DNA of 56,343 bases from Methylovirgula sp. (GCA_043784625.1 JAYVYB010000144.1:1-56343); one strand, 5' to 3'. Shown: positions 16,557 through 27,667, counted from the stretch's first letter. Made by a program: numbers and translations. Notes: a model not told the origin generated them from the letters alone.

Positions 16557-17476
16557 TAAAGTGCCAGCAAGTGTTCCACCTCCGACAGGCTCGGCATCGA
16601 CGGTGCTGTGCCGGCACGCGTCACTGAGATACCCGCAACAGCGCAGGCAAAGCGCGCCGCCTCCAACGGGGCAAGCCCCCGCGCCAGCGCCGAAGCAAAG
16701 CCGCCGTTAAACGCATCTCCCGCGCCGGTCGTTTCAACCAGCTTACCGGCATAAACCGCCGGAACGTGATGCGAACTGGTTTTAGAGTGGAGCAACACGC
16801 CGTTCTCGCCCAAAGTGATCAAGGCTGTACCGACACCTTTGCTCAGAAGAATGTCTCCCGCGCGGCGCGCATCTTCCAAAGTGCGCACTTCAACCCCGGC
16901 CAGCTCGGAGGCCTCCGTCTCATTTGGCGTGATGTAGTCACACAGCGCAAAAATATGCTCAAGCAAATGCGCGGCGGGTGCCGGATTAAGGATGGTGATG
17001 ACGCCCGCCTGTTTGGCGATTTCCAGTGCCCGCACCGCCGCCGCGAGCGGTTGCTCCAATTGCGTAATAAACACACCGGCGCTGCGGATGAGGTCGGCGT
17101 TGGCTTCAATATCCGCCACGCTGATCAGAGCCGCCGCACCGGGACTAATAATGATGGCGTTGTTGCCTGTCGCTTCTTCCAGAAAGATAAACGCGGCGCC
17201 GGTATAGCTCTCGGGTGTTTCAATCACCGAAAACTTCACGCCGGACTTGAGCCAGACATCGCGGGCCATGTCGGCGAAGGCGTCTTTACCAAGCCGGGTA
17301 ATCAACGAAACATCAGCACCAAGCCGCCCGGCGGCGACAGCCTGATTGGAGCCCTTGCCTCCCGGGCCCAGCGCAAAGCCGCTGCCCAGAATGGTCTCGC
17401 CAATGCGCGGCTGGCGCGCCGCACGAAAAGCCGCGTCGGCCACAAAAACACCCAGAATAACCACACTTTTTTGCAT
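16556..17476 (-). CDS. rbsK: ribokinase (PfkB family)
   Basis: GGKGSNQA and TGAGDAFNGGF ribokinase motifs. The longest ORF (start 17566) would run over the upstream gene, so the start is set at MQKSVVILG (ATG 17476), 8 nt after the fucU stop. Confidence 0.8.
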   Translation of the reverse strand: MQKSVVILGVFVADAAFRAARQPRIGETILGSGFALGPGGKGSNQAVAAGRLGADVSLITRLGKDAFADMARDVWLKSGVKFSVIETPESYTGAAFIFLEEATGNNAIIISPGAAALISVADIEANADLIRSAGVFITQLEQPLAAAVRALEIAKQAGVITILNPAPAAHLLEHIFALCDYITPNETEASELAGVEVRTLEDARRAGDILLSKGVGTALITLGENGVLLHSKTSSHHVPAVYAGKLVETTGAGDAFNGGFASALARGLAPLEAARFACAVAGISVTRAGTAPSMPSLSEVEHLLAL

Positions 17477-17484
17477 AGCCCGGC

Positions 17485-17940
17485 TCACTTCGAATCTGGA
17501 GGGATAACGCCCTTGCGCAGCGCGAAACAGCCATAAAACCGCCGCTCGCCGGTTTGAATAACGCAAAACGCTTTTTTGGCGCGCTCGTAAAAGGCGTAGC
17601 GCTCAATCGACATCATCGGCCAGGATTTGCCTTCGGCAAAATCAATCGCGGCTTGCACTTCTTGTTGCACAGCAGGGATCTCATGCGGCTGGCCGACAAC
17701 TTCCATCCGCGCCGCTGCATCGGTGACAAATGTATCAAGCGGATAGACCGAAAGCACTGCCGTAGCAGCAGTGGCGGCGGAAACATTATCGATGGTAAGC
17801 AGCTTACCGAGCTGCGTTTGCAACGCCACAGACTGCGCCGGGAAATTTGTATCGCAGATGATGAGATCATCGCCGTGGCCCATCGCACGCAAAGCGCCGA
17901 GCACCTCGCTGTTCAGCAGCGGAGAAATTCCTTTAAGCAT
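17485..17940 (-). CDS. fucU: RbsD/FucU-family sugar mutarotase
   Basis: 151 aa. MLKGISPLLNSEVLGALRAMGHGDDLIICDTNFPA ... YAFYERAKKAF..TGERRFYG is collinear with E. coli FucU as I remember it. Confidence 0.7.
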   Translation of the reverse strand: MLKGISPLLNSEVLGALRAMGHGDDLIICDTNFPAQSVALQTQLGKLLTIDNVSAATAATAVLSVYPLDTFVTDAAARMEVVGQPHEIPAVQQEVQAAIDFAEGKSWPMMSIERYAFYERAKKAFCVIQTGERRFYGCFALRKGVIPPDSK

Positions 17941-18070
17941 CGTGTCCTCGTCCCTTTTAGCGAATTCAAACGCTCGCGCGTGTCAAGAAAGCTATGTGAA
18001 AACCGGCCTAATGCCTATAGGGTTCTCAGGCAAATCTTGCCCGCAGTCTTAGGTTCCCCTCATCTAGAAT

Positions 18071-18874
18071 ATGGGACAAACAATGTCTTCGCTGAAAATT
18101 GATGCCCTGCTGGCCTTGCGGGGCAACGGACGCCTGATGATTGGGCGAGAGCGCATCGCGCTGCTCGAGTCTGTGGCCGAGCTTGGCAGTATTTCCAAGG
18201 CAGCCAAAACAACCGGTCTTAGCTACAAAACGGCATGGGAGGCGGTAAATGCTATCAACAACCTCCTGCCCGTGCCTGTTTTTCTCACCAAGGCGGGAGG
18301 GGCGGCGGGCGGCGGCGCGGAAGTCACGCCTGAAGGACGCCGCCTGATCGAGACATTTCACCGCCTTGAAGCACGCCTTTCTAAAATATCATCGCTTATC
18401 GCCGCAGAGGGGCTGGACGGCCAGGAGGATGTGCTGCTCTGGAGCCTTGGCAATAAAATATCAGCGCGAAATATCTTCCAGACAACCGTGCTATCGCTCA
18501 ATAAAACCGCCGTCGATGTGGAGCTCAAGCTCCAATTATCGCACGGCCACGCCATAACAGCTCTGGTGACCAACGCCGCCTGCGAAGACTTGGCGCTGGT
18601 TGAGGGCCGCAGAACCTTGGCCATCGTCAAAGCGCCATTTGTGAGGATTTTGCCCCCGAAAGTCCAACCGGATGGCGCGTCAAACTGGTTTGAGGGCACC
18701 ATTTCCCGCCGCACCGATGCGGAACACAATTGCGAATTTTTGCTTGATATCGGCTACGGAAAAACTCTGACGGCAGTGGTACCCATCGCTTCCGTTGCGA
18801 AGATGGAATTGGTTGAAGGCGGCGCGGCCACGGCTCATTTTGACGCAAACCACGTTATTCTTGCAGTTGACTAG
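18071..18874 (+). CDS. modE: molybdate-responsive transcriptional regulator ModE
   Basis: N-terminal HTH (IALLESVAELGSISKAAKTTGLSYKTAWEAVNAINNL) plus two C-terminal Mop/TOBE repeats (SARNIFQTTV..., SNWFEGTISRR...). Adjacent to modABC. Confidence 0.85.
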   Translation: MGQTMSSLKIDALLALRGNGRLMIGRERIALLESVAELGSISKAAKTTGLSYKTAWEAVNAINNLLPVPVFLTKAGGAAGGGAEVTPEGRRLIETFHRLEARLSKISSLIAAEGLDGQEDVLLWSLGNKISARNIFQTTVLSLNKTAVDVELKLQLSHGHAITALVTNAACEDLALVEGRRTLAIVKAPFVRILPPKVQPDGASNWFEGTISRRTDAEHNCEFLLDIGYGKTLTAVVPIASVAKMELVEGGAATAHFDANHVILAVD

Positions 18875-18939
18875 CTGAAATTTGGCGTTTTCACACCCAA
18901 AATTGAAATGTTGAGCACTTTCCGAAACGCTTGCCTAGT

Positions 18940-18962
18940 GTTATGTAATAAAAATACATAAC
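18940..18962. promoter_or_regulatory. candidate ModE operator (Mo-box) in the modA promoter
   Basis: Perfect inverted repeat GTTATGTA-ATAAAAA-TACATAAC, ending 16 nt upstream of the modA ATG. It resembles the enterobacterial and Rhodobacter Mo-box CGNTATAT-N-ATATANCG. Confidence 0.5.
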
Positions 18963-18977
18963 GCTTTGAGGTTTTCC

Positions 18978-19730
18978 ATGCACATGAAATCCAGCATAAA
19001 AGCAATATTCACTTTTGCCTCGATAATCTTCGCCGCGCCGCTTTCTGCCGCACAAACCAATGTCGCCGTTGCGGCCAATTTCACCGCAGCCGCAAAAGAA
19101 ATCGCTTCCGGCTTCAAGGCCAAAACCGGGCATGAGGCGGTGCTGAGCTTTGGCGCATCCGGACAATTCTATACGCAGATCAGCCAAGGCGCGCCATTTG
19201 ACATCCTGCTGTCGGCGGATGATACCCGCCCGAAAAAACTGGTCGAAGACGGGCTCGGCGTCAAGGACACTGAATTTACCTATGCCATTGGCAAGCTGGT
19301 TTTGTGGAGCAAAAACCCTGATCTGGTCAAAGGTGAAGACACGTTAAAAACGGCAAGCTTTACCAAGATCGCCATCGCCAATCCAGCCTCGGCCCCCTAT
19401 GGGGCGGCGGCGTTGGAAACCCTGAAAAACCTCAACCTCGGCGAGGTGCTGGGCCCGAAAATCGTACAGGGCAATTCCATCGCCCAAACCTTTGAGTTCA
19501 TCGATACCACCAACGCGGAACTTGGGTTTATTGCGGTGTCTCAACTCACGGGAAATAGCTCAGGCTCGCGCTGGCTGGTGCCGCAAAATCTGTATAGCCC
19601 AATCAGGCAGGACGCGATATTGCTGAAAAACGGCGCGCAAAACCAAGCTGCGCTGGCCTTTCTGGACTATTTGAAAAGCTCTGAAGCGCATGACATCATT
19701 GATAAATTTGGCTATGACGCTGCAAAGTAG
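18978..19730 (+). CDS. modA: molybdate ABC transporter substrate-binding protein
   Basis: Signal peptide MHMKSSIKAIFTFASIIFAAPLSAAQ. Motifs FGASGQF and ANPASAPYG. GAGG lies 7 nt before ATG 18978; the track start at 18966 is a TTG. Confidence 0.9.
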   Translation: MHMKSSIKAIFTFASIIFAAPLSAAQTNVAVAANFTAAAKEIASGFKAKTGHEAVLSFGASGQFYTQISQGAPFDILLSADDTRPKKLVEDGLGVKDTEFTYAIGKLVLWSKNPDLVKGEDTLKTASFTKIAIANPASAPYGAAALETLKNLNLGEVLGPKIVQGNSIAQTFEFIDTTNAELGFIAVSQLTGNSSGSRWLVPQNLYSPIRQDAILLKNGAQNQAALAFLDYLKSSEAHDIIDKFGYDAAK

Positions 19731-19736
19731 CCGGGC

Positions 19737-20426
19737 ATGAACGCTCTGCCACAGGAAATTTGGCAGTCGGTGCGCCTAACACTGGAGCTGGCCGCCCTCA
19801 CCACCGTGCTACTGATTTTGATTGGCACACCACTGGCGTGGTGGCTGGCGCGCTCAAAGGCGTGGTGGAAGGAAATCATCGGCGCGCTGCTGAGCCTGCC
19901 GCTGGTCTTACCCCCAACGGTTTTAGGGTTTTATCTACTTCTGCTGCTGGGCCCGTCCGGCCCCGGCGGCGCGCTTTCCAGCCTGTGGGGCGTCCGCACA
20001 TTGGCGTTTAGTTTCACCGGATTGGTCATTGGTTCGGTGCTCTACTCGCTGCCCTTTATGGTGCAGCCGGTGCGCAACGCCTTTGAGGCCATCGGGCCAC
20101 GGCCAATGGAGGTGGCGGCAACCCTGCGCACCACACCGCTACAAGCCTTTTGGCGGGTTGCACTGCCGATGGCGGCCCCCGGCTTGCTCAGCGGCGCTAT
20201 TCTGAGTTTTACCCACACGCTTGGCGAATTCGGCGTGGTTTTGATGATTGGCGGCAATATTCCGGGACAAACCAAAGTGCTGTCCATCGCCATTTATGAT
20301 TATGTCGAAACCGCACAATGGCAGGCCGCGCATAGCCTTGCGGCGGGTATGGTCATTTTTGCATTTCTGATCATCCTCGCCCTGCGTTTGGTTGAACGGC
20401 GCATCAGCCAAGGGGTAGGCTCTTGA
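19737..20426 (+). CDS. modB: molybdate ABC transporter permease
   Basis: 229 aa with 5-6 TM helices and an EAA-type loop ([27 protein letters not shown]). Lies between modA and modC. Confidence 0.9.
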   Translation: MNALPQEIWQSVRLTLELAALTTVLLILIGTPLAWWLARSKAWWKEIIGALLSLPLVLPPTVLGFYLLLLLGPSGPGGALSSLWGVRTLAFSFTGLVIGSVLYSLPFMVQPVRNAFEAIGPRPMEVAATLRTTPLQAFWRVALPMAAPGLLSGAILSFTHTLGEFGVVLMIGGNIPGQTKVLSIAIYDYVETAQWQAAHSLAAGMVIFAFLIILALRLVERRISQGVGS

Positions 20427-21514
20427 GCGCAAACCCTACTCTTGCTGTGAAATGTCGCGAAGTGTTGGGAACCTTCGCGCTGGACGTGGACGCAGAATTT
20501 CCGGCAAACGGCGTTACCGCTGTTTTCGGGCCATCGGGCAGTGGCAAAACCACGCTGTTGCGCAGTATTGCCGGGCTGCACCGGCCCCACGGCGGCTTTT
20601 GCGCGCTGGCGGGCGAAATATGGCAGGATGAGCGCTCATTTGTGCCGCCGCACTTGCGCCGGATTGGCTATGTCTTTCAAGAAGCCAGCCTGTTCCCGCA
20701 CCTCAACGTGCGCAAAAACCTGCTGTTTGGCACGCCGAGATCTGACACAACCACTGCGCGCCGGTTGGATGAAGTGCTGCAAATACTTGAGCTGCAACAC
20801 TTAATCGAGCGCTCGCCGCACAATCTTTCGGGCGGGGAGCGGCAGCGCGTCGCCATTGGCCGCGCCCTGTTAAGCGACCCGAAACTGCTGTTGATGGACG
20901 AGCCGCTTTCGGCGCTGGATGACGGGGCAAAGCAAGATATTTTGCCATTTATCGAAAGACTTTGCCAAACTCTGGCAATACCGGTGCTGTATGTTAGCCA
21001 TAATATGGCGGAAATTGAACGCATCGCCGACACTTTGGCTTTGATGGAGCGCGGCAAAATCATTGCGCAGGGGCCGCTGGCACAGTTGCAGGCAAACCCG
21101 GATTTGCCATTGTTTGACAGCGCAGCCGCAGCCATTTCATTCGACGCCGCTTTAAGCCATTACGACGCCGCCTACGGACTGGCGCAATTTACCGTGTCGG
21201 GCGGCAGCTTTGTGGTGCCGGCGCAACAGCCCCCCGCCCTTCCGCAGCAAAGGTTGAAGGTCTTGGCGCGCGACGTCAGCCTGTCTCTAAGCGAGCCGGT
21301 AGGGAGCTCAATTTTGAATGTCCTTCCCGCCCGGATTGATACGGCCAAACCCTGCGGCCTCCACCATATCACCGTGTCGCTGCGGCTGGGCGCGCGAGGC
21401 GAAGGTGCGGTTTTGCTGGCGCGCATCACCCGCCGCTCTTGGGATGTTTTGGCTTTGCAAGCGGGTGTGCACGTCTATGCGCAGGTGAAGTCTGTGGCTT
21501 TTGAACGTGGCTGA
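20423..21514 (+). CDS. modC: molybdate ABC transporter ATP-binding protein
   Basis: Walker [10 protein letters not shown], signature LSGGERQRV, Walker B LLLMDEP, and a C-terminal Mop/TOBE domain. The TTG start overlaps the modB stop. Confidence 0.9.
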   Translation: MSANPTLAVKCREVLGTFALDVDAEFPANGVTAVFGPSGSGKTTLLRSIAGLHRPHGGFCALAGEIWQDERSFVPPHLRRIGYVFQEASLFPHLNVRKNLLFGTPRSDTTTARRLDEVLQILELQHLIERSPHNLSGGERQRVAIGRALLSDPKLLLMDEPLSALDDGAKQDILPFIERLCQTLAIPVLYVSHNMAEIERIADTLALMERGKIIAQGPLAQLQANPDLPLFDSAAAAISFDAALSHYDAAYGLAQFTVSGGSFVVPAQQPPALPQQRLKVLARDVSLSLSEPVGSSILNVLPARIDTAKPCGLHHITVSLRLGARGEGAVLLARITRRSWDVLALQAGVHVYAQVKSVAFERG

Positions 21515-21636
21515 GCGGGGAAACCACCCTCTCCGGCCCTCTAGAGACAGCCGTCGCAAACCCTGTCATATCTGTTACTTGTTATGCAGCGAGATTAGGG
21601 ACTTATCTTAAACCACTTGAATTTGGGGAACTCCAA

Positions 21637-23274
21637 ATGCGCTATCTTCCTTTCATCGCTGTTGCCCTCGGCACATTGATTTTTGGCGCATTGGCCATGC
21701 TCAGCTTTGCGGCAAGCGGCCTTATGACATGGGTGTTCGCGGCCTTTGTCCTATGCCTTGTGCTCACGCTTATCGGCATCCGCGATGTGACCCAGACCTC
21801 TCATTCGCTTCGGCGCAATTACCCCATCCTCGCCAACATCCGGTTTTTGCTGGAGGAAATCCGCCCCGAAATCCGCCAGTATTTTCTCGAGAGTGACTCG
21901 GATGGGACGCCGTATAACCGCAACAAGCGCGCCATTGTCTATCAGCGCGCCAAGATGCAGCTGGACAAGCGCCCGTTTGGCACCCATCAGGACGTTTACG
22001 GCGAAAATTTCGAATGGCTCGCCCACTCAATGAGGCCGGCACAGATCGAGAGTTCCAACTTCCGCACCCGTGTCGGCAATGCCGCGTGCCATGCCCCATA
22101 CGACATATCGTTGTTCAACATTTCGGCGATGAGTTTTGGAGCGCTCAGCGCCAACGCCATCCGCGCCCTGAACAAAGGCGCGCAAATGGGCGGCTTTGCC
22201 CATGACACCGGCGAGGGCGGCGTCAGCGCCTATCATCAGGAGTTTGGCGGCGACTTGATTTGGGAAATCGGCAGCGGCTATTTCGGCTGCCGCGATGAAG
22301 CCGGGCAGTTTTCACCCGACCGCTTTGCCCAAACCGCCAAAAATCCACAGATCAAAATGATCGAGATCAAACTATCGCAAGGCGCCAAGCCGGGCCACGG
22401 CGGCGTGCTGCCGGGCGCAAAGGTCAGCGCTGAAATTGCCGCAACGCGCGGCGTGCCACAAGGCAAGGACTGCGTCTCCCCCGCCAGCCACTCGGCATTT
22501 TCCACGCCAACCGAACTGGTGCAATTCTTGCAAACTCTGCGCGGTCTTTCGGGCGGCAAGCCCGTTGGCTTCAAGCTTTGCATCGGCAATCGCTGGGAAT
22601 TTGCCGCCATTGTCAAAGCCATGGTCGAAACCGCAATTGTTCCGGACTTTATCGTTATCGACGGCAAAGAAGGCGGCACCGGTGCCGCGCCGCTGGAATT
22701 TACCGATCATGTCGGGACGCCTTTGCGTGATGGGCTGGTTTTTGCGCATAATTGTCTTGTCGGTGCCGGTATTCGCGATCAGATCAAAATTGGAGCCAGC
22801 GGCCGCATCATTACCGCGTTTGATATGGTCCGCGTCATGGCGCTGGGGGCGGATTGGTGCAACGCGGCGCGCGGATTCATGTTTGCGGTAGGTTGCATCC
22901 AATCTCTGTCCTGCCACACCGATCATTGCCCCACGGGGGTCGCCACGCAGGATCAGCGCCGCCAAAAAGCGCTGGTGGTGCCGGACAAGGCCGAGCGTGT
23001 GCGCCGCTTTCACAAATCCACGCTTATTGCGCTGGGTGAGCTCATCTGCGCGGCGGGACTGAGCGCGCCGGGACAGATACAGCCGAGCCAGATCATGAAA
23101 CGCCTGTCGCCGCTGGACGTGCGCAGCTTTGCCGAAATCTATCCGTTTTTGCAGGACGGCGAGCTGCTCGGCACCAGCGCTGATGCCACCTATGCCAAAA
23201 TTTGGGCGATGGCGGATGCCAATTCTTTTGTGGCCCACACGGCAAAACCGCATCTGGAACTCTTGACCGCCTGA
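21637..23274 (+). CDS. FMN-binding glutamate synthase family protein (GltB FMN-domain homolog) with N-terminal membrane anchor
   Basis: Two N-terminal hydrophobic helices, then [16 protein letters not shown] and [16 protein letters not shown], which are GltS FMN-domain motifs. Confidence 0.8.
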   Translation: MRYLPFIAVALGTLIFGALAMLSFAASGLMTWVFAAFVLCLVLTLIGIRDVTQTSHSLRRNYPILANIRFLLEEIRPEIRQYFLESDSDGTPYNRNKRAIVYQRAKMQLDKRPFGTHQDVYGENFEWLAHSMRPAQIESSNFRTRVGNAACHAPYDISLFNISAMSFGALSANAIRALNKGAQMGGFAHDTGEGGVSAYHQEFGGDLIWEIGSGYFGCRDEAGQFSPDRFAQTAKNPQIKMIEIKLSQGAKPGHGGVLPGAKVSAEIAATRGVPQGKDCVSPASHSAFSTPTELVQFLQTLRGLSGGKPVGFKLCIGNRWEFAAIVKAMVETAIVPDFIVIDGKEGGTGAAPLEFTDHVGTPLRDGLVFAHNCLVGAGIRDQIKIGASGRIITAFDMVRVMALGADWCNAARGFMFAVGCIQSLSCHTDHCPTGVATQDQRRQKALVVPDKAERVRRFHKSTLIALGELICAAGLSAPGQIQPSQIMKRLSPLDVRSFAEIYPFLQDGELLGTSADATYAKIWAMADANSFVAHTAKPHLELLTA

Positions 23275-23297
23275 GCCTTTGCCCGCCAAATAGCGGC

Positions 23298-23981
23298 ATG
23301 ATTAAACTTGACGAAAGCTGGAAAGCCGCGCTCAAACAAGAATTTGACGCGCCCTATATGGCGGATTTGAAGGCTTTTCTGGCCTCTGAGAAGCAAAACG
23401 GCAAGCACATCTTTCCCAAGGGCGGGCAATGGTTTCACGCGCTCGATGCAACGCCGCTCGACCGTGTTCGCGTGGTGATTCTGGGTCAAGACCCCTATCA
23501 CGGGATCGGGCAAGCTCACGGCCTGTGCTTTTCCGTGCAGCATGGCACCCGGCCGCCGCCCTCCTTGGTCAACATTTTCAAAGAAATGCAAACCGATCTG
23601 GGCCTGTCGCCACCCACCCATGGCAACCTCGACTCTTGGGCAGCGCAGGGCGTCTTACTGTTAAACTCGGTGCTAACCGTGGAGGCCGGGCTTGCCGCCT
23701 CACATCAAGGCAAAGGCTGGGAGCGCTTCACCGATGCCATAATCGCGCGGATCAATACCCTGCCGCATCCGGTCGTTTTTATATTATGGGGCAATTACGC
23801 GCAGAAAAAGGCTGCCTTTGTCGATGCCAGCCGTCATTTGGTGTTGAAGTCGGCGCATCCGTCGCCGCTTTCTGCCTACAATGGCTTTTTCGGCTCAAGG
23901 CCCTTTTCCAAAGCCAATGACTTCCTGATCGCTCATAGCCAAGCGCCTATAGACTGGGCTTTAGATCAATTCACGTCTTGA
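23298..23981 (+). CDS. ung: uracil-DNA glycosylase
   Basis: GQDPYHG water-activating loop and HPSPLSA motif. The start is set at MIKLDESWK (ATG 23298), because the longer ORF (start 23202) overlaps the previous gene. Confidence 0.9.
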   Translation: MIKLDESWKAALKQEFDAPYMADLKAFLASEKQNGKHIFPKGGQWFHALDATPLDRVRVVILGQDPYHGIGQAHGLCFSVQHGTRPPPSLVNIFKEMQTDLGLSPPTHGNLDSWAAQGVLLLNSVLTVEAGLAASHQGKGWERFTDAIIARINTLPHPVVFILWGNYAQKKAAFVDASRHLVLKSAHPSPLSAYNGFFGSRPFSKANDFLIAHSQAPIDWALDQFTS

Positions 23982-24015
23982 AAGACGCAAATTGATCTTG
24001 CAACTCTCTGATAAC

Positions 24016-24063
24016 GCATATCATTATCGCAAAACCGCTTCACACTTTTGCGTGATATGCTTT
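24016..24063. terminator. two-helix hairpin between convergent ung and rhaI
   Basis: GCATATC..CGCAAAA / TTTTGCG.GATATGC (7 + 7 bp, internal bulge, 11-nt loop) followed by TTTG on the plus strand. Confidence 0.35.
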
Positions 24064-24066
24064 GAG

Positions 24067-25374
24067 TTAGACAATTCCGGCGCTGGTTCCGCTTTGCACG
24101 GGGCGCTCTATGGCCTTTTGCGCACGATAGCCGGAGGCCCTATAGGTGCGCAGAGGGTCGATAGCGCCGCCCTTGCGCAGGCGCGCCATCGCCAACAGCG
24201 GTGAAACATCGGTGGTGAACGCCTTTTTCAGCTCCAGATGTGCCGCCAGCGCATCATTTGCATCTTGCGCCGCAGCCAAGGCCGCACGATCCACCAGCAG
24301 CGCTTGCGCATAGGCGCGTTGCACTTCGATAGCGGATTGCATCAGGCTCTCGATCGGGTCGGTGACATTATGGCTTTGGTCAAGCATATAGGCGGGCGCA
24401 AAGCTCTTGCCCGTGCCGGCGGCTTTGATTGTCTGCGCTGCATCAACCAACTCGTTAAATACCAGAAACAGCCGGAACGGCTCAACAGATCCGGCATCGA
24501 GATCATCGTCGCCGTATTTGCTGTCGTTGAAATGGAAGCCCGCCAGCTTATCAAACCGCACCAGGCGCGCCACGATCTGCTCAATATTAACGTTCGGCGC
24601 GTGGTGGCCAAGATCGACGAGACATTTCGCCTTGGGCCCAAGCTCTTGCGCTGCCAAAAAGCTGGAACCCCAATCGGCAATGACCGTGGAATAGAACGCC
24701 GGTTCGAACATTTTATGTTCCAGAAACACCTGCCAATCGGCAGGCAATCCGGCATAAACCTGATGCATAGCCTCCAGATAGCGGTCAAATGCCTTGGTGA
24801 GGTTGGATTGTCCGGCAAAATTCGAACCGTCGCCAACCCAAACAGTCAGCGCTTTGGAGCCGAGCTTTTGCCCGAGCGCGATACATTCCAGATTATGGGC
24901 AATCGCCAGATCGCGCGATTTGGCATCGGCGTTGGAGAGCGAACCAAACTTATAGGAATGCGCCTGCCCGGCCTGATCTTGAAATGTGTTGGAATTTACG
25001 GCGTCAAACCCCAGTGATTTCGCTTTGGCGATCTCGATAAACCCAGCAACATCTGTGACCTTATCCCATGGAAAATGCAGCGAAACGGCAGGCGTGGCCC
25101 GGGTGAGCTGCTGAATCGTGCCGCAATCGTCCATTTTATCATAGATATTGCTTGGCTCCCCGGGGCCGGGGAAGCGGGCAAACCGGGTGCCACCCGTACC
25201 GGTGCCCCAGCTGGGCAGCGCCACGCCAAAGTTACCCACCAAGGTGACAATGTCAGCGGCTTTGATGTGGCGGCGCGCCAGTTGACGCTCCAGCGCCGCG
25301 TAGTCTTCCTGCAAATTTGCGTCAAGCTTGGCGTTTTGCTCGGCGATAAGGCTGGACGGAATGAGATATGTCAT
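24067..25374 (-). CDS. rhaI: L-rhamnose isomerase, Rhizobium/xylose-isomerase-like TIM-barrel type
   Basis: 435 aa. Its size, and its position downstream of the fused aldolase/dehydrogenase and opposite rhaRSTPQUK, match the Rhizobium leguminosarum rha locus. Confidence 0.8.
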   Translation of the reverse strand: MTYLIPSSLIAEQNAKLDANLQEDYAALERQLARRHIKAADIVTLVGNFGVALPSWGTGTGGTRFARFPGPGEPSNIYDKMDDCGTIQQLTRATPAVSLHFPWDKVTDVAGFIEIAKAKSLGFDAVNSNTFQDQAGQAHSYKFGSLSNADAKSRDLAIAHNLECIALGQKLGSKALTVWVGDGSNFAGQSNLTKAFDRYLEAMHQVYAGLPADWQVFLEHKMFEPAFYSTVIADWGSSFLAAQELGPKAKCLVDLGHHAPNVNIEQIVARLVRFDKLAGFHFNDSKYGDDDLDAGSVEPFRLFLVFNELVDAAQTIKAAGTGKSFAPAYMLDQSHNVTDPIESLMQSAIEVQRAYAQALLVDRAALAAAQDANDALAAHLELKKAFTTDVSPLLAMARLRKGGAIDPLRTYRASGYRAQKAIERPVQSGTSAGIV

Positions 25375-25428
25375 AGCTGGTTCCTAAATCGGGCGCACTC
25401 GCCCGTCTCTCCCTGCGGAGACGCAAAA

Positions 25429-27516
25429 CTATCGTGTAAACGCCTGAACATTTCCGGCGTCGACATTGAGGATGTTTCCGGTTGATTTGGCCGAGGCATC
25501 GGACGCGAAGAAGTAAATTCCCTCGGCGATGTCTTCCGGCAAAACCGAAAGCTTGAGCAAGGAACGCTGGCGGTAAACCTCTTCAAGACTGTCTTCGCCC
25601 ACCTTGTTGGACGCGGCGCGCTGCTGCCGCCACTCACCCTGCCAGATTTTTGAACCGCGCAAAACCGCATCGGGATTGACCGTGTTCACCCGGATGCCAT
25701 GCGGCGCACCCTCTAACGCCAAACACCGCGCCAGATGAATTTCCGCCGCCTTAGCGGTGCAATAGGCCGACGCGCCCGGAGACGCCGCAAGGCCGTTCTT
25801 GGAGGCGACAAACACCAGATTGCCGCCTGATTTTTGCCGCAACATCAGCCGGAACGCCTCGCGCGACACCAGAAAATATCCCGTGGCGAGAATGTCGATG
25901 TTCTTCTGCCAAACCGCCAGACTGGTGTCCTCAATCGGCGACGCAGATGCAATACCGGCATTTGAAACCACGATATCCAGCCCGCCAAACGCCAGCACAG
26001 CGGCTTTGAACGAGTTTTCCACCGCGTCTTCCTTAGTGACATCAACCACAACGCCGCGCACATTGTCCTTGCCGAATTTGCTTGAGAACGCTGCCACCGC
26101 GCCGTTGAGCGCGTCTTGATCAATATCCGCCAGCATAACGCACGCGCCCTCGCTCAGCATCCGCGCGGCGGTTGCCTGCCCGATGCCGCCAGCGCCGCCG
26201 GTGATATAGGCCACCCGCCCGGCCAGAGCTTTCGGCTTCGGCATCCGGCTGAGCTTAGCTTCTTCAAGCAGCCAATATTCAATATCGAAAGCCTCTTGCT
26301 CCGGCAGGCCGACATAGGTACTCACCCCCGATGCGCCGCGCATGACGTTGATGGCGTTGATGTAAAATTCAGAAGCGATGCGCGCCGTGGCCTTGTCTTT
26401 GGCAAAAGACAACATGCCCACCCCGGGAACCAGATAAATCACGGCGTTGGGGTCCCGGATGGCAGGCGAATTTGCCCGCTTGCACCGCGCATAATAGGCG
26501 GCATAGCCCGCCGCATAATCGCTCACCAGCGTATCAAGTTGCGCCATTACCGCGTCAATATTGTTGGAAGCGGGGTCAAACGGCACCACCAACGGGCAAA
26601 TCTTGGTGCGCAAAAAATGATCCGGGCAAGAGGTGCCAAGCGGCGCCAGCGCGGCCATGGCGTTAGAATTGACAAAGTCCAAAACCGCAGGCGCATCGGT
26701 GAAATGCCCGACCTTGCGCTCATGGGCGGAAATCTTGCCGCGAATGGCCGGAAGCAACCTGTCGGCGATTTCGGCGCGGGCAGCCGCATCCAAAGCCGTG
26801 ACTTTTGCGCCGCCGAAGCTTGGGCTTTTTTCGTTTGCGCTCAACCAATCCGCCGCCTTTTGGATGATCCGCAACGTCATTTCATAGCAGGCTTTTGAGG
26901 TTTCCGCCCATGTGAACAGCCCATGCCCGCCCAGCACCACACCGACATATTCGGGATGCTTGGTGGCCATTTCACCCAGCTTCAATCCAAGATCAAAGCC
27001 CGGACGCTGCCACGGCAAATAGCCGATTTCACCGCCGTAAATCTCATGGGTCAGGCTCTCCGAATTTGCCGCGGCGGCAATCGCAATCACCGCATCGGCA
27101 TGAACGTGATCGACATGCTTGTGCGGGACAAAGCCATGCAGCGCCGTATCAATGGAGGTGGCGCGCGGGTTGAGATTAAAGGTGCAGTGGTTGAACAGCC
27201 CAACCATCTCATCTTCATGCGCCAGACCGCGATAAATGCCCTTAAGGCTGTTGAGCTTATCCATATACAGCGTTGAAAAGCCATCCAATTTCATCGAGCC
27301 AATGTCGCCGCCGGACCCCTTGACCCAGAGCACCTCCACAAGTTGACCGGTCAACGGGTCTTTGGTCATCACTTTGGCCGACGTGTTGCCGCCGCCAAAA
27401 TTGGTGATGCGCAAGTCGCTGCCGAGCAAGTTTGAGCGATATAACAGCAAGCCCGGCTCATCGAGGCCGGCGGCATGTGACTCTTGCCAAAGATTGGGGA
27501 TTTGCGCTGCCGACAT
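25429..27516 (-). CDS. rhaD: bifunctional rhamnulose-1-phosphate aldolase / lactaldehyde (short-chain) dehydrogenase
   Basis: N-terminal class II aldolase-like domain (ITNFGGGNTSAK) fused to a C-terminal SDR (ITGGAGGIGQATA, YCTAK). The start is set at MSAAQIPNLW (ATG 27516), which has GGAG 9 nt upstream. The longest ORF reaches 27576. Confidence 0.85.
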   Translation of the reverse strand: MSAAQIPNLWQESHAAGLDEPGLLLYRSNLLGSDLRITNFGGGNTSAKVMTKDPLTGQLVEVLWVKGSGGDIGSMKLDGFSTLYMDKLNSLKGIYRGLAHEDEMVGLFNHCTFNLNPRATSIDTALHGFVPHKHVDHVHADAVIAIAAAANSESLTHEIYGGEIGYLPWQRPGFDLGLKLGEMATKHPEYVGVVLGGHGLFTWAETSKACYEMTLRIIQKAADWLSANEKSPSFGGAKVTALDAAARAEIADRLLPAIRGKISAHERKVGHFTDAPAVLDFVNSNAMAALAPLGTSCPDHFLRTKICPLVVPFDPASNNIDAVMAQLDTLVSDYAAGYAAYYARCKRANSPAIRDPNAVIYLVPGVGMLSFAKDKATARIASEFYINAINVMRGASGVSTYVGLPEQEAFDIEYWLLEEAKLSRMPKPKALAGRVAYITGGAGGIGQATAARMLSEGACVMLADIDQDALNGAVAAFSSKFGKDNVRGVVVDVTKEDAVENSFKAAVLAFGGLDIVVSNAGIASASPIEDTSLAVWQKNIDILATGYFLVSREAFRLMLRQKSGGNLVFVASKNGLAASPGASAYCTAKAAEIHLARCLALEGAPHGIRVNTVNPDAVLRGSKIWQGEWRQQRAASNKVGEDSLEEVYRQRSLLKLSVLPEDIAEGIYFFASDASAKSTGNILNVDAGNVQAFTR

Positions 27517-27572
27517 GAGGTTTAACTCCATAAATTCGGTCAGACCATAGAATCGATGATAATCACGGTCAA

Positions 27573-27667
27573 TCATATTTAGTCATATTGCAGCGCAGTA
27601 ATGATTGTGCATTGCGAAATTTCGTGAGATGCGCGAATCACGATTGACATATTTGATCATATTTGAT
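27573..27667. promoter_or_regulatory. rhaD/rhaR divergent control region: phased TCATATTT repeats plus palindromes
   Basis: TCATATTT at 27573 and TCATATTG at 27583; (A/T)CATATTTGA at 27647 and 27657, each pair 10 nt apart. Near-palindrome TATTGCAGCGCAGTA at 27586-27600. Perfect palindrome CGAAATTTCG at 27615-27624. Confidence 0.4.

Noticed and set aside
16450-16710. 86-aa plus-strand ORF spanning the GGCC array, and a 66-aa ORF at 16234-16434.
   Set aside because: The translation (..AWPTFGHLTAQFGQKPAKHGQGKP..) is an artefact of the repeated GGCCAA motif. The ORF also runs antisense into the rbsK 3' end and has no SD.
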